Part shown: one piece after another, positions 47,675 through 57,083 of the stretch | How the letters are laid out: the number at the start of each line of letters is the position of its first letter | How positions within the stretch are numbered: the stretch's first letter is position 1 | Source: Nitrospirota bacterium | GTDB taxonomy: Bacteria > Nitrospirota > Nitrospiria > 2-01-FULL-66-17 | Reading direction: 5' to 3' | Assembly: GCA_049325335.1 (NCBI GenBank) | Contig: JBMOMC010000002.1 | Coordinates: forward strand, 128,001 to 192,000 | Length of the DNA: 64,000 bases | Translations under genes and position numbers: made by a program | The notes under the pieces: generated by a model | Told to the model about the DNA's origin: nothing | What the model saw: the letters and a program-made list of their open reading frames with translations, nothing else | Databases searched by the model: none

Positions 47675-48829
47675 TTACGAGGCACCCGGTGTCCAGGATT
47701 GCTCGTACGCCCCGTTCTTCACGGTCCACACGATGTACGGGGCGTTGAGCACGTCGCCCTTGGCGTCGAACCGGATTTCGCCTTGCGCGCCGGAATGCGT
47801 CATGGCACGGATGGCCTCGGCGACGTTCGTCCCGTCGGTGGTGTTGGCCTGAACGATGGCGCTGAGCAATGCGTTGGCCGCGTCGTAGGCGTAAATCGAA
47901 TACGGCCCGTGCTGGCCGAACCGTTCATGGTACTTGGTCAAGAAGGTTTGCGCCTGGGGAATGCCGGACGGGTCAGGCCCGAACGTGAGGAACGTGCCCT
48001 CGGCCGCCGGCCCGGCGATCTCCAAGAACTTCTGATCGTACGTGCCGTCTCCGGAGACAAACGGCGCGGTCAGCCCCAACTCGCGCGCCTGCCGCACGAG
48101 CAGCCCGGCTTCGGGGTAGATGCCGCCGAAGAAGATCACATCGGGCTTGGCGGATTTGACCGTGGTCAGCACGGCGCGGAAGTCTTTGTCCCCCTGCGTG
48201 ACGCCCGACGAAAAGGCGATCTTGGCATCCGGTCCCAACGCATGCTGGAACTGTTCGGCCAACCCTTGACCGTACGTCGTTTTATCGTGCAGGATCGCGA
48301 CCGCGCCGGTGGGGAAGCGCTCGCGCACAAACCGCGCGGCCACCGGCCCCTGTTGATCGTCGCGGCCGCACACGCGAAAAATCGTCGGGAAGCCCTGCTC
48401 GGTGAGCTGCGGGTTGGTAGACGCGGGCGTAATCATGACCACCTTGGCCTGGTGGTACACGCCCGAGGCGGGGATCGACGCGCTGGAATTCCAATGCCCG
48501 ATCACGCCCACCGCGCCGGAATGGACGAATTTGTTGGCCACGGCCACGGCCTGTTTGGGATCGTGTTGATCGTCTTCCACTTGCAGGACGACCTTCTTGC
48601 CCAACACACCGCCCTTGGCGTTCCATTCCTCCACCGCGAGTTCGACGCCGTGGCGCAAATCCGTGCCCATCTTGCTCTGATCCCCGGTCATGGGGCCGGC
48701 CGCGCCGATCCTGATCTCGTTGGATGCCTTCGGGGTGCAGGCCAGCGTGCCGGCGATCAAGAACGCGATCAACAGGCCGAACAAGTGGTGTGGACGTGAG
48801 ACCATCATCATGATTGGCAGAGTGGGCAT
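47675..48829 (-). CDS. livK: ABC substrate-binding lipoprotein LivK/LivJ-like
   Basis: LAC lipobox, GPMTG, DDQHDP, GHWNSS, YAYDA; start uncertain. Confidence 0.88.
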   Translation of the reverse strand: MPTLPIMMMVSRPHHLFGLLIAFLIAGTLACTPKASNEIRIGAAGPMTGDQSKMGTDLRHGVELAVEEWNAKGGVLGKKVVLQVEDDQHDPKQAVAVANKFVHSGAVGVIGHWNSSASIPASGVYHQAKVVMITPASTNPQLTEQGFPTIFRVCGRDDQQGPVAARFVRERFPTGAVAILHDKTTYGQGLAEQFQHALGPDAKIAFSSGVTQGDKDFRAVLTTVKSAKPDVIFFGGIYPEAGLLVRQARELGLTAPFVSGDGTYDQKFLEIAGPAAEGTFLTFGPDPSGIPQAQTFLTKYHERFGQHGPYSIYAYDAANALLSAIVQANTTDGTNVAEAIRAMTHSGAQGEIRFDAKGDVLNAPYIVWTVKNGAYEQSWTPGAS

Positions 48830-49008
48830 CATCCTCCTCGGACGGCATCCGACCGGCACAAAATGCGGCCTAGATTACACAGCTGGGACGAACGGTGTCA
48901 ATGACGCGCCGAGTGTGTCGGGGATCCCTTTTGGGAGGCTTTCGCAATGGCAGTTCACGTGTTGTCCCGGCCACGAAGAGGCGACGGTCTACCGAACGGG
49001 AGGAGTAT

Positions 49009-49307
49009 CTATCCCCGTTTCTTTTTGAACCGAACGCCCTCCAAGTCGTCAGAATTCGCATCCTGCGTCCAGACCACGGCATGGTGGGCGCGGGCCGTGG
49101 CTAAGCCCACGCTATCGGCGAGCGGGAGCTTGTTCTGCAGCCCCACCTTCGCGGCGGCGACGGCGAGCGTCATATCCAAGTCGATCCACCCGCTTGAATG
49201 GACCACATTCATACGCGGTCCTTGTCTCGCGGGACCGTCGTATCGATGCCCTTCAGAAAACCGCGCATCTCGGTGAGCTTTTTCACCGGGATGCATTCGA
49301 TCTTGTT
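49009..49307 (-). pseudogene. Decayed AbrB-type antitoxin / VapC (PIN) toxin pair
   Basis: Antitoxin tail NKIECIPVKKLTEMRGFLKGIDTTVPRDKDRV-stop overlaps (ATGA) a 67-aa PIN remnant MNVVHSSGWIDLD...LPLADS..LATARAH..VWTQD. Confidence 0.7.
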
Positions 49308-49356
49308 GGAAGAGTGCCAACAAAGCAATACTCATGCCTCGCTCGTTCTCAAATTC

Positions 49357-50001
49357 TTAACGGGCAGCCCGGGTGAGAACGTCCAAATGTCGGGTGAAGT
49401 CCACGGGGTCATCTTGCGCGAGCAGGTCGGCCGAGGCGTCCTTAACCTGACGCACAAATTGGGGGTAATCCTGCGCCTCCGGAGTGAGCAGTCGATAATA
49501 TGACGCCAAGTAGGGTCCGTCGCCTTGGGCAATATCGCGGGTCAACGCCTGGTGGTTGTTCAAGACGAACATGAACCGCTCACTGCGGTTGCGATCAATG
49601 GACGTGCGCTCCTGGCCTGCGGGCTGAAGGTCCACGAAATAGGAGGTCGGTTCGTAGCGAATCATGGCGCCGGAGGAGGCGTCGATGCCCCAACTGGTCG
49701 CTCCCATTGTTGTCAGGCTGAACCCCAGATTGAAGAGGGCGATTAGGTCCAAGGTTCGCTGGAGGCTCAACTCATACGTGGTGAACCCCGGTGCTCGAAT
49801 TTGGAGGGTCTTCTGGACGAAGGCATCTCGTTTGAACGTGTGTGTCAGAGGAGTTTTCCCCAGGAGGACCACCCCGTCGTACACATCGGCGCCGTCAGGC
49901 ACCGTTTTGATGGTGATTGTATCCGAGCGTTTTGCAAACAGCGTTGCGCATCCGTTTACAAAGCATACGAACGCGAGGACCACCACGATTCTCGGCCGCA
50001 T
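49357..50001 (-). CDS. PEGA-like lipoprotein with C-terminal DUF3015-like helical domain
   Basis: NGC lipobox, TVPDGADVY..LGKTP; tail FVLNNHQALTRDIAQGDGPYLAS matches the neighbouring DUF3015 proteins. Confidence 0.65.
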   Translation of the reverse strand: MRPRIVVVLAFVCFVNGCATLFAKRSDTITIKTVPDGADVYDGVVLLGKTPLTHTFKRDAFVQKTLQIRAPGFTTYELSLQRTLDLIALFNLGFSLTTMGATSWGIDASSGAMIRYEPTSYFVDLQPAGQERTSIDRNRSERFMFVLNNHQALTRDIAQGDGPYLASYYRLLTPEAQDYPQFVRQVKDASADLLAQDDPVDFTRHLDVLTRAAR

Positions 50002-50093
50002 GAAAGTCTCCTTTTCGGAATGCTTCAAGATGGTAGGACTGCTCGGGCCGAGGGGAAGGTGCGCGGCAGTCCGATGGGTACGTAACGGAAGCC

Positions 50094-50123
50094 AATATAC
50101 CGAGTCGGGTGGAGGCCTGTCAA
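50094..50123 (-). promoter_or_regulatory. sigma70-type promoter
   Basis: TTGACA-18-TATATT. Confidence 0.55.
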
Positions 50124-50189
50124 CGGAACTGGATGAATGCGGCGATACGGAGCGCGACTCCCGGCCTGAATCTTGGCCCGTGATGGGGG

Positions 50190-50849
50190 CTACGGCATCA
50201 CGCGAGCGATCGAGCTGTTATACAGCAGCCCAACGTCGGTTTGCTCAACGAATAGCCCATAGGCAAACAACTCGAACAGGAACGCCGACTGGAAGGCGTA
50301 GGCGCCGTTGTTCGTGGCATCGCACGCGGGTTCTTTTTCCAGATCCATTTCCGGTTGCCGGGACGGGACGTAGGGGAACCCCTTGGGGCACCGGACGTGG
50401 TCATACCCATCGTCGTCTGAATGTCGAGCCTCGTGTACCAAGGTGTAAAGCCGTTCAAGGGGCGTGAGTTTGGTGAAGAATGCATCTCCTACGATGAAGT
50501 GGCCTTTATTCTGATTGAGGGCGACGGTCCATTTATTTTTCAGCGAAAGCCGGTGAATGCGGGACAGCAGCCAGTGAAAAAGGTCGGGGCCGTTGAACGA
50601 AAACCCGAACAACGGCTCGAAACGACTCAACCGCTGGTACGTCCGCCGGTTCATGCGCAGGTCGCCCGGTACGAGGGCCCTGAGTTGATTCAGCGTCGTT
50701 TCCAGGGCCAAGATTTGCGGTTCTGAAAACCCCGACAGTTCGATGTGATATTTCTCCCAGTAGGGTTCCTTGGCGGATGCCCAATGGGGATCGTTCAGCA
50801 AGAGTCCAAGAATCGTTACGACGAGTCCGGTGATGACACGCCGCTTCAC
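50190..50849 (-). CDS. Exported protein with HExxH zinc-metallopeptidase motif
   Basis: Signal peptide ending ASA; LVHEARH. Confidence 0.6.
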   Translation of the reverse strand: MKRRVITGLVVTILGLLLNDPHWASAKEPYWEKYHIELSGFSEPQILALETTLNQLRALVPGDLRMNRRTYQRLSRFEPLFGFSFNGPDLFHWLLSRIHRLSLKNKWTVALNQNKGHFIVGDAFFTKLTPLERLYTLVHEARHSDDDGYDHVRCPKGFPYVPSRQPEMDLEKEPACDATNNGAYAFQSAFLFELFAYGLFVEQTDVGLLYNSSIARVMP

Positions 50850-50886
50850 GGCCGAAGCGATCCTGGTCGGTCGCGGGGAATCACCG

Positions 50887-52845
50887 TCAGAAATACCAGT
50901 TCGCGGCCAACAACCATTCCCATCGGTCATTAACGGAGGAGACGGACGCGCGAAGATCCACGTTGCGGCCGACCGCATACCGTTGATTCAGCGAAGCTCG
51001 CGTAAAGCGGGAGCGATTGCCCGCCGGGAAGCTTCGGTATTCAGCGGCCAATTGGATCCTCCACTGATCAGTGGGATTCACGAGCAATCCGATGGTTGGG
51101 CCTGCCCCCAGGCGGTATCGCGGGTCGAACCGGCTCGATAACTCCAGATCGAAATTGATGAGGGCATAGGCTAACACGGACAGGTAGCCGTCCGATTGAT
51201 GGCTCGCCCCGATCCCATATTGTCCCGTGAAGGCGCTGCAGTACCGACAATCGAGATCCTCAATCGGATCGACGCCGATGGCAAGCCGCCAGGATTTTTT
51301 CTTCAGCAACGGCTCATGCGGCGTGAACGACACGATGTCGATCAACCGGAATCGATGAAGTTGGAGCGTCTGTGTCTCGCGATAGTAACGTGCCGTGAAA
51401 TCCAAGAACAGGATTTGTGAGCCTCTGCTGTAGCCAGTATCCTGGGCCAGGAGATCGTGGTACGCGGGACGGATCGAGAGTTCGTGGAAGCTCTCGTTCT
51501 CATCGGCGCCGACTCCAACGGCTATTCTGGCGCTGTCATGGCCGAGTTCCGGCGGGGTCGAGAGGGGGGCGATGTCCGAGGCCTCTTCACCGCGATAGTC
51601 CAGCCGGCTTCGCTCCAACAGCAGGCTCCTCGTAGTCGCATCGATGGCCGTGGCCGTCCGTTCTTTTTGCATGTTTTGGTACTGGGCATAGTCGAGATAT
51701 GCGTCAAGAACCAAGGCTTGTTCGGGCACGCTCATGGTCCGGTACGCGTCGTCGTGAATAATCCCGGGGTCCTTGATCAGGCGGTATAAGAGTGCGCGCT
51801 GCGCGCGGGACATGCGAAGCCGTTTGTGATCCATGAGGCTGAGCAACGACGGACGGTAGATCCTCTTTGAGACGAGTCCCGGCTGTGTCGTCACCGCCTT
51901 GACCGTATCGGCGGGGATGACCTGGAAGCGGAATTGGTCCGTGAGGTGAAGGGCGGGATCAGCGACTTCCAGCAGCGAGAGGATGTGGTAGGAGCAGTTT
52001 TCCTGAAAGTAGTAATAGTGAAAATAGTTGCCCCCCAGCTCCCATAGATGGAGCAAGAGATACTGGGTTTGCTCTTCGTTCAGATGGAGTGCGTATTCCC
52101 AGAGATCGCGGCTTTCCAGGTTGCTGTACTCTTGCACCTTCACGTAATAGGGAAACAGCGAAAAGCGCCCTTTGAACGCGCCGAATAGTCCTTTGAGGGT
52201 ATACATCAACGGGTTGAGGGTGTCGGGGTCGGCGGCGTAGTTCACCCCGTAGGCGAGTAGTTGTTGTTGCGGGCCGCTGTGTTTTTTGTCGATTCGTAGG
52301 AAGGTGTGGCCGAACATCGAGGCGGGGTTGTTCATGTAGTACGCGGCGAACACCAACGTGATTTGGTCGGAATTTAAGTCCGTGAGCCATGCCGCGAGCC
52401 GGTCGCATCGCTGCTCCGGAAGTCGCGAGGGATCGAAGGATAGTTGCGCTTTGAGCCATTTGTATCGGGCGGGGAACACGCACTGCGGATGTTCCTCTCC
52501 GGGTGTTATTTGATCGGTCGGCGTGAAAAATCCTCTGAGCGTGGCAACGAGTTCCGCGTCCGGATCCGTTTTCCCGGTCGGCGAGGCAAAAAATCCTGGT
52601 CCATCTTCTTCGCTTTCATACGTGCCGAACACGGTTTGTTTATAGTGAACGAGAAGGTGCCAGTAGCGGGCGTGTGATAATCGTTGCCGGTCGGCTTGTT
52701 CGATCACGTGATCCGCGTAAGAGCGTTCCGGGACATCGACATCGGCGAAGGCTACGGACGTGGGTCCGCTAGAAGCCACGATCAACAAAAGGGCGAAGAG
52801 CAGTGTGACGAGGAAATCTCCGGTCTGGTTGAGGGGGGGCGTCAT
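50887..52845 (-). CDS. DUF4105 (Lnb N-terminal-like) protein with C-terminal beta-barrel, copy 1
   Basis: CVFPARY, PASMFGHTFLRID, ESRDLWEY, YYYFQENCSY; C-terminal NWYF. Confidence 0.85.
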   Translation of the reverse strand: MTPPLNQTGDFLVTLLFALLLIVASSGPTSVAFADVDVPERSYADHVIEQADRQRLSHARYWHLLVHYKQTVFGTYESEEDGPGFFASPTGKTDPDAELVATLRGFFTPTDQITPGEEHPQCVFPARYKWLKAQLSFDPSRLPEQRCDRLAAWLTDLNSDQITLVFAAYYMNNPASMFGHTFLRIDKKHSGPQQQLLAYGVNYAADPDTLNPLMYTLKGLFGAFKGRFSLFPYYVKVQEYSNLESRDLWEYALHLNEEQTQYLLLHLWELGGNYFHYYYFQENCSYHILSLLEVADPALHLTDQFRFQVIPADTVKAVTTQPGLVSKRIYRPSLLSLMDHKRLRMSRAQRALLYRLIKDPGIIHDDAYRTMSVPEQALVLDAYLDYAQYQNMQKERTATAIDATTRSLLLERSRLDYRGEEASDIAPLSTPPELGHDSARIAVGVGADENESFHELSIRPAYHDLLAQDTGYSRGSQILFLDFTARYYRETQTLQLHRFRLIDIVSFTPHEPLLKKKSWRLAIGVDPIEDLDCRYCSAFTGQYGIGASHQSDGYLSVLAYALINFDLELSSRFDPRYRLGAGPTIGLLVNPTDQWRIQLAAEYRSFPAGNRSRFTRASLNQRYAVGRNVDLRASVSSVNDRWEWLLAANWYF

Positions 52846-52864
52846 TCGGACCGACTTCAGAATA

Positions 52865-52917
52865 CGAGGGGGATACGATCCATCTTGCGACTAGGGCAAG
52901 TGATCGTATCCCCCTCG
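52865..52917 (-). terminator. Strong hairpin between DUF3015 and DUF4105 genes
   Basis: 16-bp perfect stem CGAGGGGGATACGATC/GATCGTATCCCCCTCG. Confidence 0.65.
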
Positions 52918-52936
52918 GGATTACAAAGACCGGATC

Positions 52937-53422
52937 TCAGTTCATGCAGGACGCGGTCAGCGTCGCGTCCTGCTCGACAACGCCTTTGACCGCGGTCAAC
53001 ACCGCGCCGGGGGAAGCCGCGTCGTCCGAAAAGATTTCTCCATAATGACGTTGGACGGCGGTGTTAAAGTGCTCCCGCCCGGTGGCGGGGCACCCGAGCA
53101 GTCCGGCCAACACCGTGAGGCGCTCGCCGTTGCCCGAGGCCATCTCCTTGGCGAGATCAGCGTAATTGTTCGCGACGAATTCTTCCTGTTGCTGTTGGGC
53201 CAACACGACCCCCTTCGCGTCACAGTTCGAGGTGCCGGAGGTGATTCCGAACGCTTGGCTGTAGGACGTGCCGTTCGTGGTCGCGGCAAACACTTGCACG
53301 AACCCCGGGGCGTCGCCGAACACGAGCGAGCCTAACCCACAGCCCGCGTCGCCGTAACCCGCGGCAAAGGCTGACGGGGAGATAAATAACGCTCCAGCAA
53401 CGGCTAAGAAGTACTTCTTCAT
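52937..53422 (-). CDS. DUF3015 family exported protein
   Basis: Signal peptide; GYGDAGCGLGS, AATTNGT, FGITSGTSNC, EMASGNGE. Confidence 0.85.
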   Translation of the reverse strand: MKKYFLAVAGALFISPSAFAAGYGDAGCGLGSLVFGDAPGFVQVFAATTNGTSYSQAFGITSGTSNCDAKGVVLAQQQQEEFVANNYADLAKEMASGNGERLTVLAGLLGCPATGREHFNTAVQRHYGEIFSDDAASPGAVLTAVKGVVEQDATLTASCMN

Positions 53423-53502
53423 GGATCCCTCCTCTATGTTGAGCAATTTGGCGTTTGTTTAGTCGACGATATGGATGGGCTCGATGGCGCCGGTGCGGCG
53501 AT

Positions 53503-54003
53503 CTAGACTCGATTGCACGACGTGGAGAGGCCCGGGTCTTTGGCCAATTCCCGCTTCAACGTAATCAACATGGCCTGGGGATCGGTGTCGTTGCTGGGGA
53601 AAATCGTTTCGTAGTGTTCCTTGGTGAAGGAACCAAAACTCCCGGTCTGTTCGGCCGGGCATCCCAGGAGGCCGGCTAGGGTATTCAGGTACTCCCCTTC
53701 GCCAACCGCCATTTCTTTTGCCAAACCATTGAAGTTGTTTTCAGTAAAGATCTGTTGTTCCTGCTGGGCCAACACCGCTTTCTTGGCGCCACACTCCGAT
53801 GTACCGGAGGTAATCCCGAACGTCTGGTTCCCGAGGACGCCGTTCAATAACCAGGCGCCGATTTGAGGGAGGATCTTATTCTCCTTAATCAACATTCCCC
53901 CGAAACCGCAACCCGCCGCTCCATAACCGGCCGCGAGCGCCGCGGAACCGGTGACTAACGAAAAAGACACCAGTAGTGCAGCCACCACAGGAAACCTTCG
54001 CAT
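53503..54003 (-). CDS. DUF3015 family exported protein
   Basis: Signal peptide; GYGAAGCGFG, NQTFGITSGTSEC, EMAVGEGE; AAGGAGG RBS. Confidence 0.85.
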   Translation of the reverse strand: MRRFPVVAALLVSFSLVTGSAALAAGYGAAGCGFGGMLIKENKILPQIGAWLLNGVLGNQTFGITSGTSECGAKKAVLAQQEQQIFTENNFNGLAKEMAVGEGEYLNTLAGLLGCPAEQTGSFGSFTKEHYETIFPSNDTDPQAMLITLKRELAKDPGLSTSCNRV

Positions 54004-54098
54004 GGGTAACCTCCTTGTTATGAGAGTGAGTGGTTGTCTGCCGGACGGAACGGGACCAGTTCCCGCCATGAACACGTCCCGCGAAATTCGGACACAGA

Positions 54099-54127
54099 CT
54101 TATACTGTGGTCCCCAGGCGATGTCAA
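54099..54127 (-). promoter_or_regulatory. sigma70-type promoter for the DUF3015 pair
   Basis: TTGACA-17-TATAAG. Confidence 0.55.
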
Positions 54128-54189
54128 GCGCAATTCGGGTACAGTGTGTTCGGCGTAGATTGAGGAATCCCGTTCACATGAGGTCGTGC

Positions 54190-55104
54190 GTGAAGAATCG
54201 TCGTGCGCAACGCGGCGCTCGAAGCGACGCCGCGTTGCTGATGGTCGTGGCGTCAACGCTCGCGGTCTTTTTGGGGGCTTGTGACAACTTGTTCTATCAT
54301 CCGTCTCGGACAATGTTTATCGACCCGGTATCGATCGGGTTTTCATATGAAGAGGCTCATTTCACGAGTCTGGACGGGACGCGGCTGCACGGATGGTTTT
54401 TCCCGGCGGATTTTCCGGAGGGGCATGAGGCCGCGGCGACGGTCATCCATTTTCACGGCAACGCCGAGAATATCTCCACGCATTTTCAAGCCGCCGCGTG
54501 GTTGGTCCGCGAAGGATTTAACGTATTTATCTTCGACTACCGCGGCTACGGACAATCATCCGGTCAACCGGACACAGACGCGATCCAATCCGACGCGACG
54601 GCTGCGGTGCGCTGGGTGCGCGCGCGTCCCGGTGTGGATCCGGATCGGCTCGTGTTTTTCGGCCAAAGCCTCGGCGTGGCGATTGCGGTGCACGCCGCGC
54701 GACATGAACGGGCGGGACTCCGGGCCTTGGTGCTGGAAAGCGGTTTTGCTGGGTATCGGCGGATTGCGCGGGAGAAACTGGCGTCAAGTTGGATCACCTG
54801 GCCTCTGCAATGGCCCCTTTCATTTTTGGTGTCCGATCGCTACAGACCTATCGACGACATCGCGAGGATCGGCCGAGTTCCGGTGTTGCTGATTCATGGC
54901 ACCGCGGACCCCGTGGTCCCCTACCATCACGCCGAGGCCTTGTTCGCCGCCGCCAATGAGCCGAAGCTGTTGTGGACGATTTCAGGAGGCGGCCACACCA
55001 GCGCGTTCGTGCGCCACGGTGACGAGTATCGGCCCCGCCTGGTGGCATTTCTCAACGAACACCTCGCCGACGCGGCATTAGAATCCGCGCACGCGCCGCG
55101 CTAG
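54190..55104 (+). CDS. Alpha/beta hydrolase lipoprotein (YfhR-like)
   Basis: LGAC lipobox, FHGNAEN, DYRGYG, GQSLG, HGTADPVVP, GGGH; start uncertain. Confidence 0.88.
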   Translation: MKNRRAQRGARSDAALLMVVASTLAVFLGACDNLFYHPSRTMFIDPVSIGFSYEEAHFTSLDGTRLHGWFFPADFPEGHEAAATVIHFHGNAENISTHFQAAAWLVREGFNVFIFDYRGYGQSSGQPDTDAIQSDATAAVRWVRARPGVDPDRLVFFGQSLGVAIAVHAARHERAGLRALVLESGFAGYRRIAREKLASSWITWPLQWPLSFLVSDRYRPIDDIARIGRVPVLLIHGTADPVVPYHHAEALFAAANEPKLLWTISGGGHTSAFVRHGDEYRPRLVAFLNEHLADAALESAHAPR

Positions 55105-57017
55105 AAATATCGGTTCACGCCGAAAATGATTTCCGTTTGATTCAGCCTCCGGCTCCATTGCAGTCGGGCATCCCAATCCTTGGCAATGGTGTACCGTTGG
55201 TCCAAGCGAATCATGAGGTCGGACGAGCGGTGGCCGAGCAAAAAGCCGCGATGGATCGCCGCTACGTGTGCCCGCCATCTCGACGTGACATCCACCAACG
55301 CCCCCGCGGTGGCCCCGAATCCGGCGCGATAGCGATTATCAAACATGGCGCCGTACTGCGCGGAGGTCTCTCCCAGAAGATACCAGACTTCACGGCGCCA
55401 CCATCCACTCTGTGCCGCGCCTCCGACCCCGAGTTCGAACGTCGGCGCGCTGCGATCGTGGAACGAGAGATCCTCGACCGGAACAACGCCGGCGCTGATT
55501 TGCCAGGAGAGTTTCGAGATCAGACGATCGTAGGGCGTGAGCGAGATAATCCGAATCACGTCGAGGCGGTGAAGGCTGACTCGGGAGGCCCGGTTGTACC
55601 GTACTACGGCATTCATGAATTCGAGGTGCGTGTTCGGCGTGTAGCCGGTCTCGTCACCGAGGAGATCGTGGAGCGCCGGACGGATCGCCAGTTGGCCGAA
55701 CCATTCCCCGGCGGATCGTCCGCCGCCAACCCCAATACGCGTCGTGCTGTGACCGCGCTCCGGCGGTGGCGGGGCTGGTGGCGGGGAGTCGTCGGACGCC
55801 ACGCGCAATGCCGCGCGCTCCACCAGCAATCGTCGTTGTTGGGCGTTGTAGAGGTCGGTATGGTCCGGGTCATCGATCTTTTGGTACGCCAGGTATTCGG
55901 TCGCCACGTCGATGACCGCCGCGCGTCGGGCGTCGGGCAAGGCTTCGAACGGAGCGGTATCCGTGACCGCCGGGTCTCGGAGCACGCGAAACAGCCACCG
56001 GTCTTCGGGGCGGTTCAGTAGGGAACGATGGTGGATCAGTTGCGTGCTCAGAGCGGGGCGAAACGACACCCGCGTGACGAGGCCTGGGACATCGAGTATT
56101 GCCCGGACCGTGTCGGTTGGAATTGTCCATCCGGGAAAGCGATCCGCCAGGTGCAAGGCGGGGTCGGCCGCGTCAAGAAGCGCGAGGAGTTGATAGGAGC
56201 AATTTTGGGTAAAGAAATAATAGTCAAAGTGCGTGTTTCCTAATTCCCACGCGTGTCGGAGCATGTTCTCGATCTGTGCCCGGGAGAACGCGAGGCGATA
56301 TTCCCAGATATCCCGGCTTTGAAGGTCGTTGTACTCCTTGGCTTTGATGTAGTAGGGCGTGATGGAAAAGCGCCCCGGCAACCCTCCGGTTAGGCCGAGC
56401 ACGATCGAGCTGAACGCGGTCGGGTTGTCCGTGGCGGCCGCGAAATTGATCGTATAGTCCAAGAGCCGATTGGCGTCCGCGCGACCGGCGCGGTCGATGC
56501 GAAGCAGGGTGTGACCGAACATCGACGACGGGTTGTTGAGGTAAGCCGACGGGAAAATGAGCGTTGCGGATTCCGGATTGAGCGCGGCCATCCATTCCCG
56601 GAAGCGCGCACAGTCTTGCGTGGGAAGACGAGCGGGGTCGAATCCCAAACGAGTATTCAGCCACGCGTAGCGGGCCACGAACCGGCACTGCGGATGAAGG
56701 ACTAGGGGATCGTCCACGGGCGGCGAGAAAAACGCGGCCAGCGTGGCGTCCAACTCCGCTTCGGGGTCTCGCTTCCCGTCGGGCGCCAGGAAAAAATCCG
56801 CGCCATCGGCCTCGCTGACCACGCCGCCGACTATCGTCCGGTGGTAGTGGAGCAAGACCTCCCACTCCCGGGTTCGGGCTAACCGGTGTTCGCGCGCGTT
56901 GCCGACGAGCTCAGCGAGATACGGCGCGTTGACCGGGGCGACCTGTCCTTGTCCGCTGCCGGACCATCCGAGCCAGAGGATTGCGGCAAGCAACAGGGCA
57001 ACGAGGGATCGCGGCAC
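55101..57017 (-). CDS. DUF4105 (Lnb N-terminal-like) protein with C-terminal beta-barrel, copy 2
   Basis: CRFVARY, PSSMFGHTLLRID, QSRDIWEY, YYFFTQNCSY; C-terminal NRYF. Confidence 0.85.
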   Translation of the reverse strand: MPRSLVALLLAAILWLGWSGSGQGQVAPVNAPYLAELVGNAREHRLARTREWEVLLHYHRTIVGGVVSEADGADFFLAPDGKRDPEAELDATLAAFFSPPVDDPLVLHPQCRFVARYAWLNTRLGFDPARLPTQDCARFREWMAALNPESATLIFPSAYLNNPSSMFGHTLLRIDRAGRADANRLLDYTINFAAATDNPTAFSSIVLGLTGGLPGRFSITPYYIKAKEYNDLQSRDIWEYRLAFSRAQIENMLRHAWELGNTHFDYYFFTQNCSYQLLALLDAADPALHLADRFPGWTIPTDTVRAILDVPGLVTRVSFRPALSTQLIHHRSLLNRPEDRWLFRVLRDPAVTDTAPFEALPDARRAAVIDVATEYLAYQKIDDPDHTDLYNAQQRRLLVERAALRVASDDSPPPAPPPPERGHSTTRIGVGGGRSAGEWFGQLAIRPALHDLLGDETGYTPNTHLEFMNAVVRYNRASRVSLHRLDVIRIISLTPYDRLISKLSWQISAGVVPVEDLSFHDRSAPTFELGVGGAAQSGWWRREVWYLLGETSAQYGAMFDNRYRAGFGATAGALVDVTSRWRAHVAAIHRGFLLGHRSSDLMIRLDQRYTIAKDWDARLQWSRRLNQTEIIFGVNRYF

Positions 57018-57020
57018 GGC

Positions 57021-57062
57021 GAAAAAACGGGGGCTCGTGCAACGAACGTTGACGAGCCCCGT
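57021..57062 (-). terminator. Intrinsic terminator-like hairpin with U-tract directly before DUF4105 copy 2
   Basis: GGGGCTCGT/ACGAGCCCC stem followed by TTTTTT on the minus strand. Confidence 0.65.
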
Positions 57063-57083
57063 GTCAATGAGATCGTAAGGGCG

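Noticed and set aside
44063..48799. Long plus-strand ORFs (529, 419 and 613 aa) opposite the liv genes, and similar shadow ORFs elsewhere
   Set aside because: Antisense or alternate-frame artefacts of high-GC codon usage, with no recognisable motifs.
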